From Azolla caroliniana (lineage: Eukaryota; Plantae; Polypodiophyta), in NCBI GenBank assembly GCA_043228905.1, contig JBHGNT010000008.1, forward strand, positions 15,686,001 through 15,750,000: 64,000 bases of DNA, written 5' to 3'. How positions within the stretch are numbered: the first letter of the stretch is position 1; the number at the start of each line of letters is the position of its first letter. The notes under the pieces were generated by a model. The model saw only the letters and a list, made by a program, of their open reading frames with translations. It did no database searches and was not told the origin of the DNA. Position numbers and translations under genes: made by a program. Positions 1 through 15,700 of this stretch are shown one piece after another.

Positions 1-90
1 AATGGATGCCTGCACGCATGAAGAAATGCTAATCAATGAATCAAATCCTCCCAATTCTCTGAATCATGGTAATAAGATGTATGGTACAAT

Positions 91-746
91 CATAGATTGA
101 CATATTCGCATTCGTCGGGTTTCCCATTCGAATGCATACGAATATGAATACAAATGGGTGGTCAAGTATTCGTTTAACTAAAAAAAAACTTTGTCTTTTT
201 TAATTTCCTAGGATAAAAAAAAGGAACTTGACAATAAATAGGGATAATAAAAGAGGGACTTGGGGATTTGTCACTACTAAATTTTTATAATAAATGTATA
301 ACCTATAAATTATAAGTATTCGTCTTAATTTTAATAAATAAATAAAATAAAATAAAGGCTCATTAATTTCTCACTTTTTATTCCCTCAAAATTTATGGAT
401 ATTTTTATTTTGACATTAAAAATAGTACTTCAAACTAATCATATATTCAAAGTTTATACTAATCATATTTGTATAGTAAATATAAAAATATTCGTTTTTT
501 AAAAATTAATTAATTAATTGATTAATTAAAATAAGTTTCATAAACTCTCTTGACACTATAATCTATTAATGAATAATTGTTCTTTTTTTGGTAAAATAAA
601 TTTATTTAAATAAATAAATAAATATTTTATATCTATTTTGCAAAACGAATGGTTTTTTAATATTCTTAGGGCCATTTCATATTCTCGAATATTGAGAATA
701 TTGCGCATGGAGAATATCACGAATATCACGCATGTGTCAATCTATG
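91..746. mobile_element. Non-autonomous hAT-type element (MITE-like) in an ACA intron
   Basis: Terminal inverted repeats CATAGATTGACATAT (91-105) and ATGTGTCAATCTATG (732-746), 14/15 match; 8-bp TSD GGTACAAT at 83-90 and 747-754; AT-rich non-coding interior. An 8-bp TSD is typical of hAT. Confidence 0.85.
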
Positions 747-778
747 GGTACAATGATCCATCATGTTTAAAAACAAAC

Positions 779-3700
779 CTCATGAAGTGCTGGAGCATCA
801 TTAGTCCCATCACCAGTAACGGCAACTATATCCCCCATCTCAAGAAGTCGTTTCACCAATGTATGCTTATCTGTGGGGGAAGACCTTGCCATTACCTGTG
901 TACAAATAACTTACTATTGCCCATCAGTGAACAACACGCATATTTTCTTGATTCCATAAAATCTGTCAAACTACATGCTTTTTAATCTGATGAAAACAGA
1001 CACATGTGATTTTCACTTGCTGATCCCCAACATTTTAGGCTGACAGTTACATTTCATAGATGAAAACAACAAACTTTAGAGGTCACTTTTCTAGCTATGT
1101 TACCAAGATTCTTTTCAGGAAATTTAGAGGTCACATCTAGATGGCCGTTTAGTTTTCATGTGCCATGCCCTTGGTTCACCCAGTTTGGGTATGTTCAGAG
1201 TAGATGAGAGAGGACATCCTTATTACACCCTAGTAATACTGCTGACAACATCTCAGAGAAGCAGGAGATACAATGTCTATTCAGCCACGTGATGGTCCAT
1301 TCATATCAGCTATCTACGAGAGTTCCACATGAAGTTCCATCAACATAGAGTATTCCCACCATAAACCAGACATTGCACCTCTAAACAGAGGCAATCTCTT
1401 CTTATATATTCAGACAAAAAAAAAATGAAAGATAGAAAACTTCTTATCTGATGGGAAAAGTTCCAATATATTTCCTGCAATACGAATAATTGATTAAATT
1501 AAAATTTCAGAGCATTCCAGTCAGAGAATATACCTGTAAATAGGGTATAATTCTGTATTGCTCTTCCTTTTCCATTTCACGGAACTGTTTTCCTTCAATG
1601 GCAAATCCTTTCTCCGTAAATATACCACATTCATATGCTATGGCTTTTGCAGTCATAATATTATCTCCTGTGACCATACGAACCTGTGGATAACCAAGTT
1701 TATATGGTTTAAATTTCAAGTCTATAAGCAGATATGAAAACAATCATGCATAACTATAAAAGAATCTAGATCATTTATATACTTCATTGGACTTTAGAAT
1801 CATGGATTCAAAAAGTATCACGACCTTAATTCCTGCAATCTGACATCTGCGTACGGCCTCCGTCACACCAGGCCTCAATGGGTCTTTAATTCCCACTATA
1901 GATAAACATATCAAGTCACGATCCGGGAGATCCAGCTGCTTTTTCTTTGTACGGGCTTCGGAAAGCTCGCGCTCATTAAGTTCTTTGCAAGCAAAACACA
2001 GTGTTCTAAGTGCTGCATTTGCAAACGTCATAATGATACCTTCAAGCTCTTCCCTCTGTTATGTTAAAATAATGAGTGTCTCAAATAAGGTGATTAACAC
2101 CTGCTCCATTGAACTGATTTTAAACACAGTCTCTTCTCACTAAAATATATGTACCTTACTGCTAGTAAGATCGAAAATGGTCCCATCTGCATCAATGTAT
2201 TTTGTACACTGTTTGAGCAAGACCTCTGATGCTCCCTTCCAATGCACCCAAGAACTTCCGTCTTTATCCTAGATACAGAGGAAGTTTTTACTTTCTCTAA
2301 AATATAGTTACCAGTGGAAAATAATTAATTTGATAAATTGAATTGTTAAGGAGCATCATCACACCTGAACGACAACACCCATGCGTTTCTTTGTTGAGTT
2401 GAAAGTGTCAACACAAATGATTTTGTTGTCCTTTTGTATATCATCAAATACTGCTCCTAACTACAAAACCAGAAAATTATGATTCTTCATACAACTGCAC
2501 TCATAATATCGTATTATTAGGATAATTAACCCATTATCTCAGTAGAAGAAAAGAAATAAGCCATTGTATTGCAGATAAACCTTCATGATAAGCCACCAAA
2601 GCTTTCATATAGATATAAGCTATACTTTTCATAGATTGTACAGTATATAAATGAAACAATTATCATAAAATATTGTTGAGGATTTGAAAGATGTGTACAA
2701 TATGGTTGTGAATGCAAAAGGTTTAGTACATATGGTCTAGATAGCAATACAGTATAGGTGTACATCAAGATCTATAAAATCTAGAGTACCATCCCAAAGT
2801 ACTAGATGCAGCATACCTTTACTGCCCAATTTAAACAAGCTACTTCAGTTGGACTCCCTGATATTTCTACAGCACCTTCCTGACACAGAAATAAATAACA
2901 GATAACTAAAACGAATAATTAGTTTTAAGAAAGAATAAAGACAGATAGATATATTAATGTCTTTTAAGAGGCCAAAATGGCATATGACAACAAATGAGAA
3001 ATTACATCTTAAAATGTTGTCCCATCTTGAAGCCCCACAAAAAATATAACAAGATCACTAACACTACGAAAGTACCAAACATTCTGGTTAGGTAAGTACT
3101 TGCATGTGAGCTTAAATGGACTAAAATATGTTTTCTGGAAGATCTTCATCATGTGGCAATCTGAGTAGGGTGTGAGGTCAACTTAGCCTCCGATTAGCCA
3201 CTCCTCTCAAGCCACAAGACAGGAAGAGATGGAAAACAGAGACCACATCGATTTGATAAAAGTAGAAATCTCTCGTGCGTGACCAAAACCTCTATGAAAC
3301 CAAAATAAAGATTATATGGTAATCTCTGAAATAAAGAAAGATATTTAACGTCCTTTAAGAGGCCAAAATGGCCTGTGATTCCTGTTGAGAATCAAGCTCA
3401 ACTTGTGTGAACATGTGCTTATGAAGAAAAGGACAATGTGTGAAAAAGTGTGTGAGCACACTTTATTGTAATCCGTGTAGTTGTCGAGTGTTAGTGTGGT
3501 CAAAGAATATTAGATATTCTTATAACAAAATCGTACTCAAGTGGATATCTTGGTTAAATTCCACCAACACATTTAATAGGGCAGTCCCCTTTGGCCATTT
3601 AGTTTAGTTGATGATCTTTAGTTAATTAATATAGCTGTCTTAAGTGCATAAGCTGTCATCCCCCTACTGTGTGTGTTCTTATTTTCTGGTTATTCTCTCT

Positions 3701-6700
3701 AATCCTTCTCTTGCTTATACACTCACTCTCTCTCACACACACACTATGCTTCTGAATACTCAACTCTACTAGAGTTAGATTCTTTACAATTCCAAACAAG
3801 AGATTACATCTTCTATGGTTATCTCCATTATGAGAACATCAAACAAAAATAAATGTAACTATGTAAGTAAATAAAAATAAAAAAAACTGGAGAATCCCCT
3901 TATCTATAAATTTAAGATCCTCAAGTTAGATATATTGTAATTTATCTTTGCAAGATCCCTCATACGATCCAGAATGGAGAGATCTCTAAAGTGAGGGAAG
4001 CACCTGTGATGGCAACAGATAATGGCCTTTATTTATAGACGACATGTGTGGCAAGATCCTGGTCCACAAGCCCGGGGCATACATGCATGAGAAATATCTA
4101 TTGGCCGATCCGTTGTAACCATTTTAAAATATCCTGGTCAAAAACCCACTTGTATAGCCCTTGATTGAGTTGTGTCCAGAGTACGAATGATGGAGCTAAA
4201 GAAAGTTGTGATTGTTCTTTGTTAATGATCTGGTGTGGTTGAACTTGTATATGGAAAGAAAGATGAAAACACTTACAGAAGACAGCCCCACATGTCCATT
4301 TGTATTGAGACAAACACTTGCAAAAATCCTCTGCCAAATCCACAAACAATACATTAAAATCGACAAATTTTGAATTTCCAGGAAATATTTGAATATCATC
4401 AAATTTTAAAAGTTAATCCTATATTATACGAAATATACCTCTTCTACTTTTTTAGAAATTTCTTTATCCATTTCATTAGAAGCTCTCAGCTTCCCACAAA
4501 CCCAAGAGCTCACAACTGTCATCTATCACAGCAGAACAGTTTTACTTTCTTAGCAAATGTATTTTCTCACTAGTGAAATGTAGCATAAAAGAATAATATA
4601 AACAATCAAGTATTTCTGAAGCTTTTGACTATGAGAATCAAAGCGGGATCTCAGTAAAAGGTTTGCTCCATCTGGCCTATTAAAAGATACCTTGCTCCTA
4701 TTTCATGCACACCTATTTGTGAAGGCCTTCCTGCTTCCTAGTAGCATTCAAAAGCCTATCATGATTAACCATTACTCGCTTAAACTATACATTTCAATCC
4801 TAGAGTATCAACTGAGTGTATGGGCACAGCGAAAATGGCTTCAGTTCAGTCAAACAGGCAGGTTTCCAAAAGGTGTTCACAAATTTAGATCACATATTGA
4901 TGAGGGAAGGGATCATAAAAGGAGAATCAACTGCTGCTTTGTGGATTTCCTGAACTGTCACAATATACTGCATGATTTCTCATGCATCGTCTACAATCCC
5001 TTGAAGTTCCAATAGATATGTAATGGGAACCTATGCACTATGCCAATCAGTCTCAGGAAAAGTGCACACTACTATTGGGTTGCTGGAGGTCATGGCTAGC
5101 ATGGACACCCACTATCATCCACTCTCTTAAATCTCTATATAGATGATATATCTAATTACATAGAGAGAGAGTGGGTGGTTTGGAAGCATGCTCAGCAGAG
5201 GTAGCCATACCGATATTACTATTTTGTTAATCTCTGACCCTCCAAAGGGACTGAAAAGACATCTAAATGTTTAACATTATTTTATATGTATAAAGATTTG
5301 TTAGTCAACATTGATAAAACTAAAGTGATAGTGCTCAACACCATTCATGCATGGGTAATGAGATCAGAACCAGAATTCTTCTTGGAAGAGGAAAAATGGT
5401 AGCATATACACAAAATTACACATCTACGAGTAACATTCACAGAGCTTGTATCCGTTCTTCTAATAGGAGTCTGCCTGTGTTTGGCTTTCTTGTGGACGTG
5501 CCCTTGAAACAATGTGCACAAGGAAATCATGGTGGTTTGAAACACTTGAAACTCTTCTCTATAGAAGAAATTTGGGCAGATAACTGAACAGATTCGAAGA
5601 AGCATGGATTTCAATGATTATCCACAAAAAAGGAGAAAAGCATTAGCGCCCGATGATATAATCCAGGAAGAGATGGGAGCAGCCCCTATAGTGACCAGGC
5701 ATTATTCTGATCAGCGACCAGTATCCAATAGATTTGGGAGGTCCTACACAAAGGTATTCCAGACAGGAACTTATGTCATGAAAAATCTTGCCAAAAATGG
5801 GGATAATCATTGTTGATATGCTCAATCAAATACAAGAATGGTTCCAATTGCATGGCATAAGTACAAATGCATTGTCCCCATTCCAATATAGCTGAGATTG
5901 CCCACACTTGAACATGATCATAGTGGAATAGGATAGACTAATCCACACTGATATCACTAAATTGGATAATGAAAGCACATGGATCAGCCCCGCAAAACCA
6001 CTCTGTAGAAAGATGGCCCACTGTAAGGCACTCTTTTGTACAAATGTGAATAAATGTCAGGCATTCAAAAACAATAGACTAGCAGCTCATTGCAATTAAT
6101 CAGCACATGGACAAGAGTCATAAGCCATGATATTTGAACATGCCACAAGTGGGATCATGGCCTATGCTGCCTAGCCACTTGTGATTCAACTACGTTCTCC
6201 ACTGTTTGCTGTTGCAAATGGCAATAGACATTGCATTAAGAGGGAAAACTATAAAAAGATATATTTGCATATGTGATAGAGTTTAGAATTTTTCAGATAT
6301 TATTTTCTTTGATTAAAAGATAGATTCCAATAAATGATATCAGTCAATCATACATTTCCACTATGTGATATTAGTACACAGATATACTTGTGAAATGATC
6401 CTTCGGATTTAACAAGCTTATAACAGAAATTAGATTTGAGGCTCCTCTTAATGACTCACTAGATTCATTGTTAGAGTGCCAGTCTTATCACTACAAATGG
6501 TGGTTGCTGAGCCCATAGTTTCACATGCAGATAGATTTCGAACCTGCCAGAAAGAACTGGGTAAGCCAATTGAAGATATGATCTACTCCTGATAATCTTA
6601 TTAATGAGTGATAGGTATTACTTACAAGAGCCCTATCGTCCATCATCTTATGCATCGAGTATGCAAGCCTGAAATTTAATATAACAGGAAAATTTTTAAA

Positions 6701-9700
6701 TAAAAAAAATTTAATAAAGATAAATCCAAAATACATTTATTAATTACTTTCAAACTTAATGAAGCTAAAAAATATTTAGATGACAATCTTGCTACAATTC
6801 ACATACCAGATGACAAAGTCACAAGAGATTAACTCAAGAAAGAAAGGAAATAGGCTGGATATACAGATGGCAAGGTTAAAAAAACAGAGAAGAGAGCTTC
6901 ATGATGGTGTATGGTCAATGAAACCTTAGACATGACTACAGAAATTGCTCTCCAAGGACAGTCAGCGGGTATTTAGAAGATACCTTCAAAGAATACAGAT
7001 ATCCATATCTATACAGATTGTTTGTAAATTCCTTGATGCTCAAAAATATAGACAGGAATTGGCATATCATCTCCAACCACTGAAATCAGGAAGCACTAGA
7101 GTCTCTGAAAGAGTAGCTGTAGTGTACAAAGAGGAGCTCCATGATAGAGTACATGTGCAAAAAGATGTAAATGCAGATTATATGTGGATATGAATAAAAC
7201 GAGGATCTAAGCATGCCATATATTACAATTCGCTACTTTCCATCTGCCTACTCAAGGTTTGCACCTCCCAAAGATTCATCGTATCTACCACTATATGGTG
7301 ATATCTTAAGATTTGCTCGCAAGGAGGATATAGTACAATTAGGATTGCCCTTTCTAGGACTTAGAAGAAACACAGTGAAGTTGTTTATCAAGAATAGTAC
7401 AGCCACACAAGCTCATCAATGAAGAACAATCATAACTTTCTTTAGCCCAATCACACCCTACCCATTTTACAAGTCAATCACGGTCTAGACAAGTGAGCTC
7501 CCACCCATAACATTGCAATGGATTTACAATTGATCAGGCAATAGCATTTTTTCATGCATGAAGCTCCCAACTTGTGGAGCATGATCTCTCCGCTGTTGTC
7601 TTTGACAGGCCATTATCTCCAGCCATTGTAGGTGCTTCCGTCACTTTGGAGATCTTTCCATTCTAGATAAATCTATCCTGGAGATCTTTCAAATACAAAA
7701 ATTACAATCTATTGGACTTGAGAATCTTATCTGTATAGATAAGGACATTCTATGGTCAATTATATTTTAATCTACTTTATTACTCACATTTATTTTGGTT
7801 TGTCGTTCTCACACACGAGACTGTATTTTAAGATGTTATCTCTTGTTCGGTCTTATAGGCCATTTTGACACCTTAAAAGACATTACTATATCTTTCTTTT
7901 GTTTTTTTCATTCTTCCACAACTAGATATAATATCAAACCATGTAATTAACCTGGAAAACTCTCTATTATCCAAATAGTAAATATTTTACAGAGAGAAGA
8001 AGCTTACGTTAATGTTACTGCCAAAGGTAAACCCTCGGGCACTGCAACAACTATTATTGTCACCTGTGCAGGAATGAAGTATGTTTATAATAAGACGCAC
8101 TTAGAAAATATGAGACAAAAGAAAACGTGATATTACAGTAAACATTAAGTGTAACACAAAGTAAAGATATATTAACATCTCCTATGAGGCCGAAACGTCC
8201 CATTAGATTAAATGAGAAATTACATCGTAAAGTAAAACCAAAATAAACATTACTAAAATAGTAAAAACTGCCTAAGGTACCAAATATTCTCATTCGCTGA
8301 GTACTTGGCATTCTGAGCTTAGATGGATTGAAATATTGACTTTGAAATATATCCAATATGGGCCTTATCCAAGATGGAGAAATCTCCAACACGTGGGTAG
8401 CATCGTCAATGTTGGGTGATAATGGTTTCTATTGATCAAAAACATGGGGGACAGGACTAGTCCAGATGGATGTGATCTACATGCACAACACATTGCTAGG
8501 TCTTAACTATTGTAACCCCTTCTGAATGTTGTGGCTAAGACCCTACTACGGTGACCCTTGATCAACATATAGCATGAGTGGAAAAAGTTGTAATGGTTCT
8601 ATGTTCATGAGCTTTTGTGATTGCATTGTTCTCCTCCAATAATGCTCTTCTTCCAAAACAGGAACTAGAGTAAATGGGGGTGCAATATTAACCAAACCCC
8701 ATCTGTTTCCCCATTGCATCCCTTATACCTCATCACTGAATTCCTCCGAATGGAGCTATTTCACCGCGTTACCTAAACACCTATGCAAATAGTGGATATT
8801 TCCTATAAGCCTACAAACATCTAGCTGACCTTGAGTTATACTCCGACCAAAGTTAGCATCGAGATAACATATGGGACATGGAACAATGTTTACATAAGCT
8901 TTATATGCATGATGGGATAACGCCCATGACATGGAAACACCATACAATACATGTGTGTTTATTGAAGATGCTAGCAGAAAAACAATGTCTAATGGCAAAG
9001 CAGCGGATGCAACTTTAATGACAAGTGGGCTCTTGAAACTGCAAAGACGAACTCACCAATGGATCGCAGCTATGATGGATCATTCTATAAAACAAGGTTT
9101 TCCAGAATATTGAATCATAAATTGAATTAAACCAATCCATAAATTGGTAACAAACTATCATGGTTAGCTTAGCATGGCCAGATAATATAGCACTATCACG
9201 GAACAAAGGATATGCTCATAGGCTACAAATCATCACAAACGAGCACTTAGCCAAGCTGGCTTTAGACTAAATCATTCCACTTTTGATCATTTGGTTACAC
9301 TTCAGTAATTATGTAAGAAAGAACTTCCAAGGGAAAACATAGCGTTGTTGTTTTGTGGACTTCAAGGTGGCCGTTGACACCATATGAAGGAATGACTTTG
9401 GAAAAGCATACTAGATATCGGAATGAAATCAATATATAGAGCAGATCTAGCACGATCGTATGAGCAAGCTAGATGCCAATTGAAAATGGATAATGGTTTT
9501 TTGGAGTACTTATTGAGCACATGGGGGTCAAGCAAGGGTGTCCACTCTCTCCCACACTCTGCAGTCTATGTATTTATAAACTGGAATACTAAAATACTAA
9601 ATAAGGCTGCAAAAGAATAAGGGATTAGATGACACAGGTGATTATATTTATACCCTATATGCTGAAGATGTTGTCTTATTCTCATAAACTGTGGGTGCAA

Positions 9701-12700
9701 TGCAACACTTACTAGGTCTATTGAAAACATTCTGCCAAATCAGCAGGCTAACTGTTGACATGGACAAAAGTAAAAATTGGCAATATAACCAAGAAATTAA
9801 CCCACCCTTACATACAAGGGAGAACAATACAAGTGGTGCAACACTCCTAATATCTTGGGATTAATGTCCCATTGAAAAATAGGTGGATTGCAAGCTGTGA
9901 GTCTATACTTCAAGTGGGTTGGAATAGTTAATATATGCTTGAGAATCAATGGATAAGTGATACTTAAGGATGAGAAGTGAGATTGATGTTATTCAATGTT
10001 ATAATGGTACAAGTGTTGCTTTATGGAATGGAAATGTGGTGTAGCACTATTTAACTTAGTGCAATGGAATGGTTAAAAGCTAGGGAGTTGAAGATCTATT
10101 GGTGATGCCATGAAATACGTGATCATCAGGGATAGATTACAAGAGGCACTACAGATGCAGTGACAAGATGATAAAATGGCAAACTTGGAATATTACATTG
10201 CAATGCTAACCCTCAATATTGGCCCCCATCACAACATATCCAACTGCATCATACTACTCCCATGAGCATTGGCCCTTAGAGAGCCCGTACACTTTTTCGA
10301 ACCTGCTAACACAAATTAGGTATTGAGGTATCACCATGGCATTATCACTGGAGTATGATGATTGGCAAGGTATGCAATGAAAACGTAGTGAAGGATGAAC
10401 ATCGCTTCTTGCATGCTCAGCATATAATGTAATTTGCAAGAAGTATGATGACTTATTAGGCAGGCATGATATTTGAAAGTTCATACAAAAAACTCCAAGA
10501 AGGATGAGCACATATGTGCATGCATTAATTTCACCTAAAAAGTTTTTACTACAGAATTTATTTGGTCAGTACCATAGGCAAAATTGACCTCCTCCTGGAC
10601 AATAAAAAAGATCTAACCTAATCTTATTTTCGATTGCCTTTTCAGCCACTAAAGATATTTTATCAATTATTATTTGCAGGCAATTGTGCTATATTGAAAG
10701 GTACTAGTAATTACTGTAAAAGATTCCCAGTGATTCCCTGTGCCTGTTTTCAAATGCTTAACTTGTAAAATAAAAGACTAATGAAGCATTTAAAAGACTA
10801 ATTCTTACGCTGTATTTAACATTACTAAGTCCAGGATCTTACTGAAATTGCAAAGAAGTTCACAATTTTCCTTCCTTCTTGAGCAGTAAAGTGCTTTAGA
10901 TCAGATTCAACCAGTAAGCTATCAGAAAGTCAAAATTCAAGCTTACTATACTGGTCACTTATGCTACATTTCATTTTTTATATAAGGTTTTATGAGTACA
11001 TTTATTGATAGCAGGCATTTATCACATCTTAATAAAGGGTTATATTTTTTATGGAATGAAACCAAATAAGAATATAAAATTCGAATGTTAGATTCTACAT
11101 ATCAATTTTAATTATTAATTCTGTTTCTACTATACAAAGACACAGCACAGTAGATATTACAAAAGAATTCCAGCAGAAAACAGCATGATTATATCAGGCA
11201 TGACAAGACTTTGCAATTGACAAAATACAGGTAAACACATGTATCTGAAGGTTCTCCATTATGCCCATGATAATACGATGAATTGCAGATATTTAATGTT
11301 TGAGTATTAGATAATTAAAAACAAACATGCAGAAAAAATCTTGACATGCACTGGAACATTATATTTATGTTTATAAAATGATAATAATCAACACACATTT
11401 CAGATATTTACCGTATCAGGAGAACCAGAAATACGGATACAGCAACAGTCATGCCAATTTTTCCTATATTCTCAGAAAGCTGATTTAGCCGCACTTGCAG
11501 GGGGGTCTCCTCCTCATTATCAACTGCTAGTGTGGCCATCACCTTACCCCATTCAGTTTGCATTCCAACAGCAGTAATCTATATATTTAACAGCAAGGAG
11601 ATTCATTAATTAGCTCAACTGGAGCCCATCAATAAAAGATATGACGTCATCGAGAGGTTTAATGTAAAAATTGAAGCATAATGGATTTTTTAACAAGATT
11701 CTCATCTCTTGTCCCCTTTATCTCACTTGGTATGTGTTAATATATGAATTAACTAGTTACTTAGATGCACAAATCTAAAACTTGGTATCAGTTTTGTTTT
11801 TATAGATATGCATCCTAATTTTATCTATAAAATGTACATGAGTTGTGTGACAGCATGTCTGTCAAAATTCATTTCTTTTCAGGCAATGTAACTTTGAGCC
11901 ACCAATGACCTAAGGAGAGAAAGTGGAATAATATTTCTATAGCTTCTTGGATGATCACATCCCTTCTCAAAATATCTTATGCGCAATAATCACAATAGAT
12001 TACTGCTCCATTAGGAGCCTCATGTTTTCCCTTATGTTCATCATAGAGTGACACAATCTGACATTAACACGTTAGGAAACACCACAGTCTGATAGTGGTA
12101 ACTGGTCCAGTCAACCTGTCAGGAATTGTTTTGATTCCTTTAAGACTACACAATCAAACTTCTCAAATTCAAATTAAAGATTAAAGTTCTATATGTAAAA
12201 CAATTAAACAAAGAAATTTGAGCTACCAACTCAGTCCCAGTGCCATCCATAACTTTACATCCTGATATAAGAAATGGATGGGTCGCATCTTTAATTGCCT
12301 GCACACAAGAACAATTAAATTAAAATTATTTTTATCAATATTTGTATTATAAATTATACATCAAACTTTCAGAACTATATATAGTGGCATCTTACATTTG
12401 GTTAAACTCTTCCTACAAAAATGTGTATTTTACGTTTAGAATACATTTCAGAATACTCAAGAGATGGAGATCCCGTTAGATAATCGATTGTGCTTGCACC
12501 TCCTTTTGGGTTCCAACATTTCAAAGCATCCGATCCAGGTCATTGTGACAATCCATTATATATCACAAATCCATGCACACTTCCCAAGGCTAGAAAGTGT
12601 TTGCCATATTCCATTATAGCACTCACATCTTGAGCTTGTCACTTTAGACCAACCTCTTCTGATATAACTTCCCCACAAACAGCCTCGCTGGTGTGAAATA

Positions 12701-15700
12701 TAGTTGTTTGTTCATCCTTAGTTTGTGCATTGAAGTCTCCTAGTAGTATTATGTCCCCCATAGTAGCAAATCTTATGATATCATCATATAACAGTAGATA
12801 TGGTGATTCACTGAGAGGTGCAAACCTTGAGTAGGTAGGCGAGAAGTAGCAAATTGCAATATATAGCTCCCCAAGATCACCTCTTTTGATTCGTATCCAC
12901 ATGTAACGTGCATCTACATCCTTATTCACAACATGCACTCTATCATGGAGCTCCTTTTTGTATAACACAACCACTCCTCCCGGACCTCTAGTGCTTCCCG
13001 GTGCCCGAGGTTGGGGACGACATATTCATTGTCATCTATTCCTTGTACATCCAGGAGTTTGCTAGCCATGCATTGGTTGGTCTCTGTATACATAGCAATA
13101 TCTATGTTTTGGAAGGTATCCTCAAAATATCTGACATCTGTCCGTAGAGAGTTGTTGCAATTCTATACAGCCATGCATAGGGTCTCATAGGCCATATATT
13201 GTCATGCGGTTCTCTTCTTTGTAATAATGACCTTACCATCTCTATATACAGCCCATTTTCCTTCATTTCTTGCATTAAGCACTCATGGCATGTTTTCTTT
13301 GCGATGTGCCACTTGAGTGGAGTGAGATCGTCATTTACGTATATTTTCTCACCCTTTAGTGACCTTGTGCCCTTATAGATAGGAAAGCTTTTTCTTGTCA
13401 ATATCCATGAAGAGGATAATAAAGGCTTTAGCTCTAGATTCATCTCTTCCCACCCTCCACACTGAAGCAAACGAAATATCTAATTCATCAATCTTTGTTC
13501 CGAGAATCTTGGCATCTTCCATACAATGCACGAGCTTTCCTCTTGGCGTCTTCTTCTACAGTAGTGTTCATCATTTCCATCCTATCCATTGATGTTCCTT
13601 TTTGCTTTTTCATTACCTCTATCCAAGGAGCATTTTCTTTAAAAAAAAATTGGGCATAGTGAGCTTGAGCTTTGGCATCTTTGGCCATGTCTACCCATGT
13701 TTGCATTTCCTTAGTGACATCAGCTTCAATTGTAGAGATGCATTTTCCCACTACTTGTCTTTTTTCTAAATCAACTTTTATAGCTACTAACTCAAACCTT
13801 ATTTGAGGATATTTCATCCTTACGGTATTGCGTCATGTCATCCTTGAGCTCTAAGTTTGATTTCTTGACATGGCTGGTTATGTCTTTCCACGTCTATTCT
13901 AATAACTCAATCTTGAGAGAGGAATACAACTTTGTTTTCTGTTTCTCTATCTCCTTTTTCATTTCTTCTTTTAATGCTCTTTCTATATCCTTTCTGATAA
14001 GATTGATCTATTGTGTACTCGAATGGCATAATAGATCATGTTTCCCCTCTTTGACATCAAATGGAACGTCGAATGGAGCCTACATTTGGGGTGCCTTGCG
14101 CGCCCTTCTAAAACACTATTCAGGGTGTTTCCAGCCCGTCCTTTTTGACTATGGTATCTTCTTGGGGTCTTCCATGGATTTGAACCCTCTTCGTGGGTGT
14201 TGAGATTCATACCTTCATTTTCTGCCCATTCAAACTCCATGGTGTTTTAGGACAGCAGGTACAGGGTATGAAATGCACAGGGCAAAGGGAACAATACAGA
14301 TTCCAGGAATTCCTACTTGGCAGAAAACACAGAAGGTCAAACTTGGCAGAAAATGCAGAGGATCAGACATTGCAGAAAACGCAGAGGATCAGACATTGCA
14401 AAAAATGCAGACAAACATGGCCATTGTTCAACGTTGAGGATCACATATTGCACAGAACGTAGAGAGACATGGCCATTGAAAGCTAGAGCAACAAAGAAAG
14501 AAAGAAAGATATATTAACATCTTTTAAGAGGCCAAAATGGCCTATAAGAACAAACAAGAGATTACATCTTAAGTGTTGTCTCGTCTTTGAGAACAACAAA
14601 ACAAAAAAATAAGTAAATAATACTCCGTAAATATAAAAGTATATAAGATAAAAAGAGATGAGGAAATCTGGTTTTCGGCACATGTGAGATTCTCAAGTTA
14701 GATATATTGTAGCTTTGGCTTCGAACGATCTCTAGCATAGGTCGATCCAGAATGGAAATGTCTCCGAAGCGAGGGAAGCACCTACAATAGCGGGAGATAA
14801 TGGCTTTTATCTGTCGATGACAAGGGTGTCGAGGTCGTGGTCCATGGGAAAAGAGGAATGCATAACAATTCAAATGAAGAGAAAAGAGGCGAACCATATT
14901 ATACCTATTATACACGTATTATACATATTTAACATATTTTAGCTGTAAAATGCATATTCTAAGTATTTATAAAAAAGGAAGAATACTTTTAGAATACTTG
15001 GCATACATATTCTACGCATATTGTATGCTAAGTATTCTATAACAATGGACTGCATTATCGGTTGTACACCCAGTGTATGTTGTAATCAGAGAACTGCTCC
15101 CCAAGAGATATATCCAATGTGCAAGCCAGCATGCCAAAGCTGTAGACTAGCATCAGACAATGCATCATGCACATGCAAACAGAACCAAAGGCAATGAACC
15201 ATTGACTTCGTCAAAAGACACTGAACATGCATGCACCACCATATTTTTGGTGCAGGCATGAAATATAGGGTTCTATCCATGAGATGGCACTGAAATTCTA
15301 GCTATCATAACAAAGAATATAGTAGCAATGATAACCAACGAACTTGACAACTAGGAGACTTCAATCAGAAGTGAATGTAGCCAATTGCTTCACACGAAGT
15401 GGAAAAGCAGCCTAATGCTCAGTTTCTACAATGGATAGCTCAACCATGGGTTGTGGATTACAGGTCCACAGTATGGGACCATAATAGAAGCTGAAGATGG
15501 CACCTGGGTGACCAATCGGTGTCTAAAATCTTGAACAAACCAAAATTACACCATCCTAGAGACTGTGTCCGGTCCCATGCTGATAGAAAATGCAACAAAA
15601 TGTAACTTTAGAAGGTTTAAAACAGAAAAGGCTAGGCATGATGATAGGAAAACAAATCTCATGGAAAGAATAGATCAGACAAACAAGAAAACATGTGATT

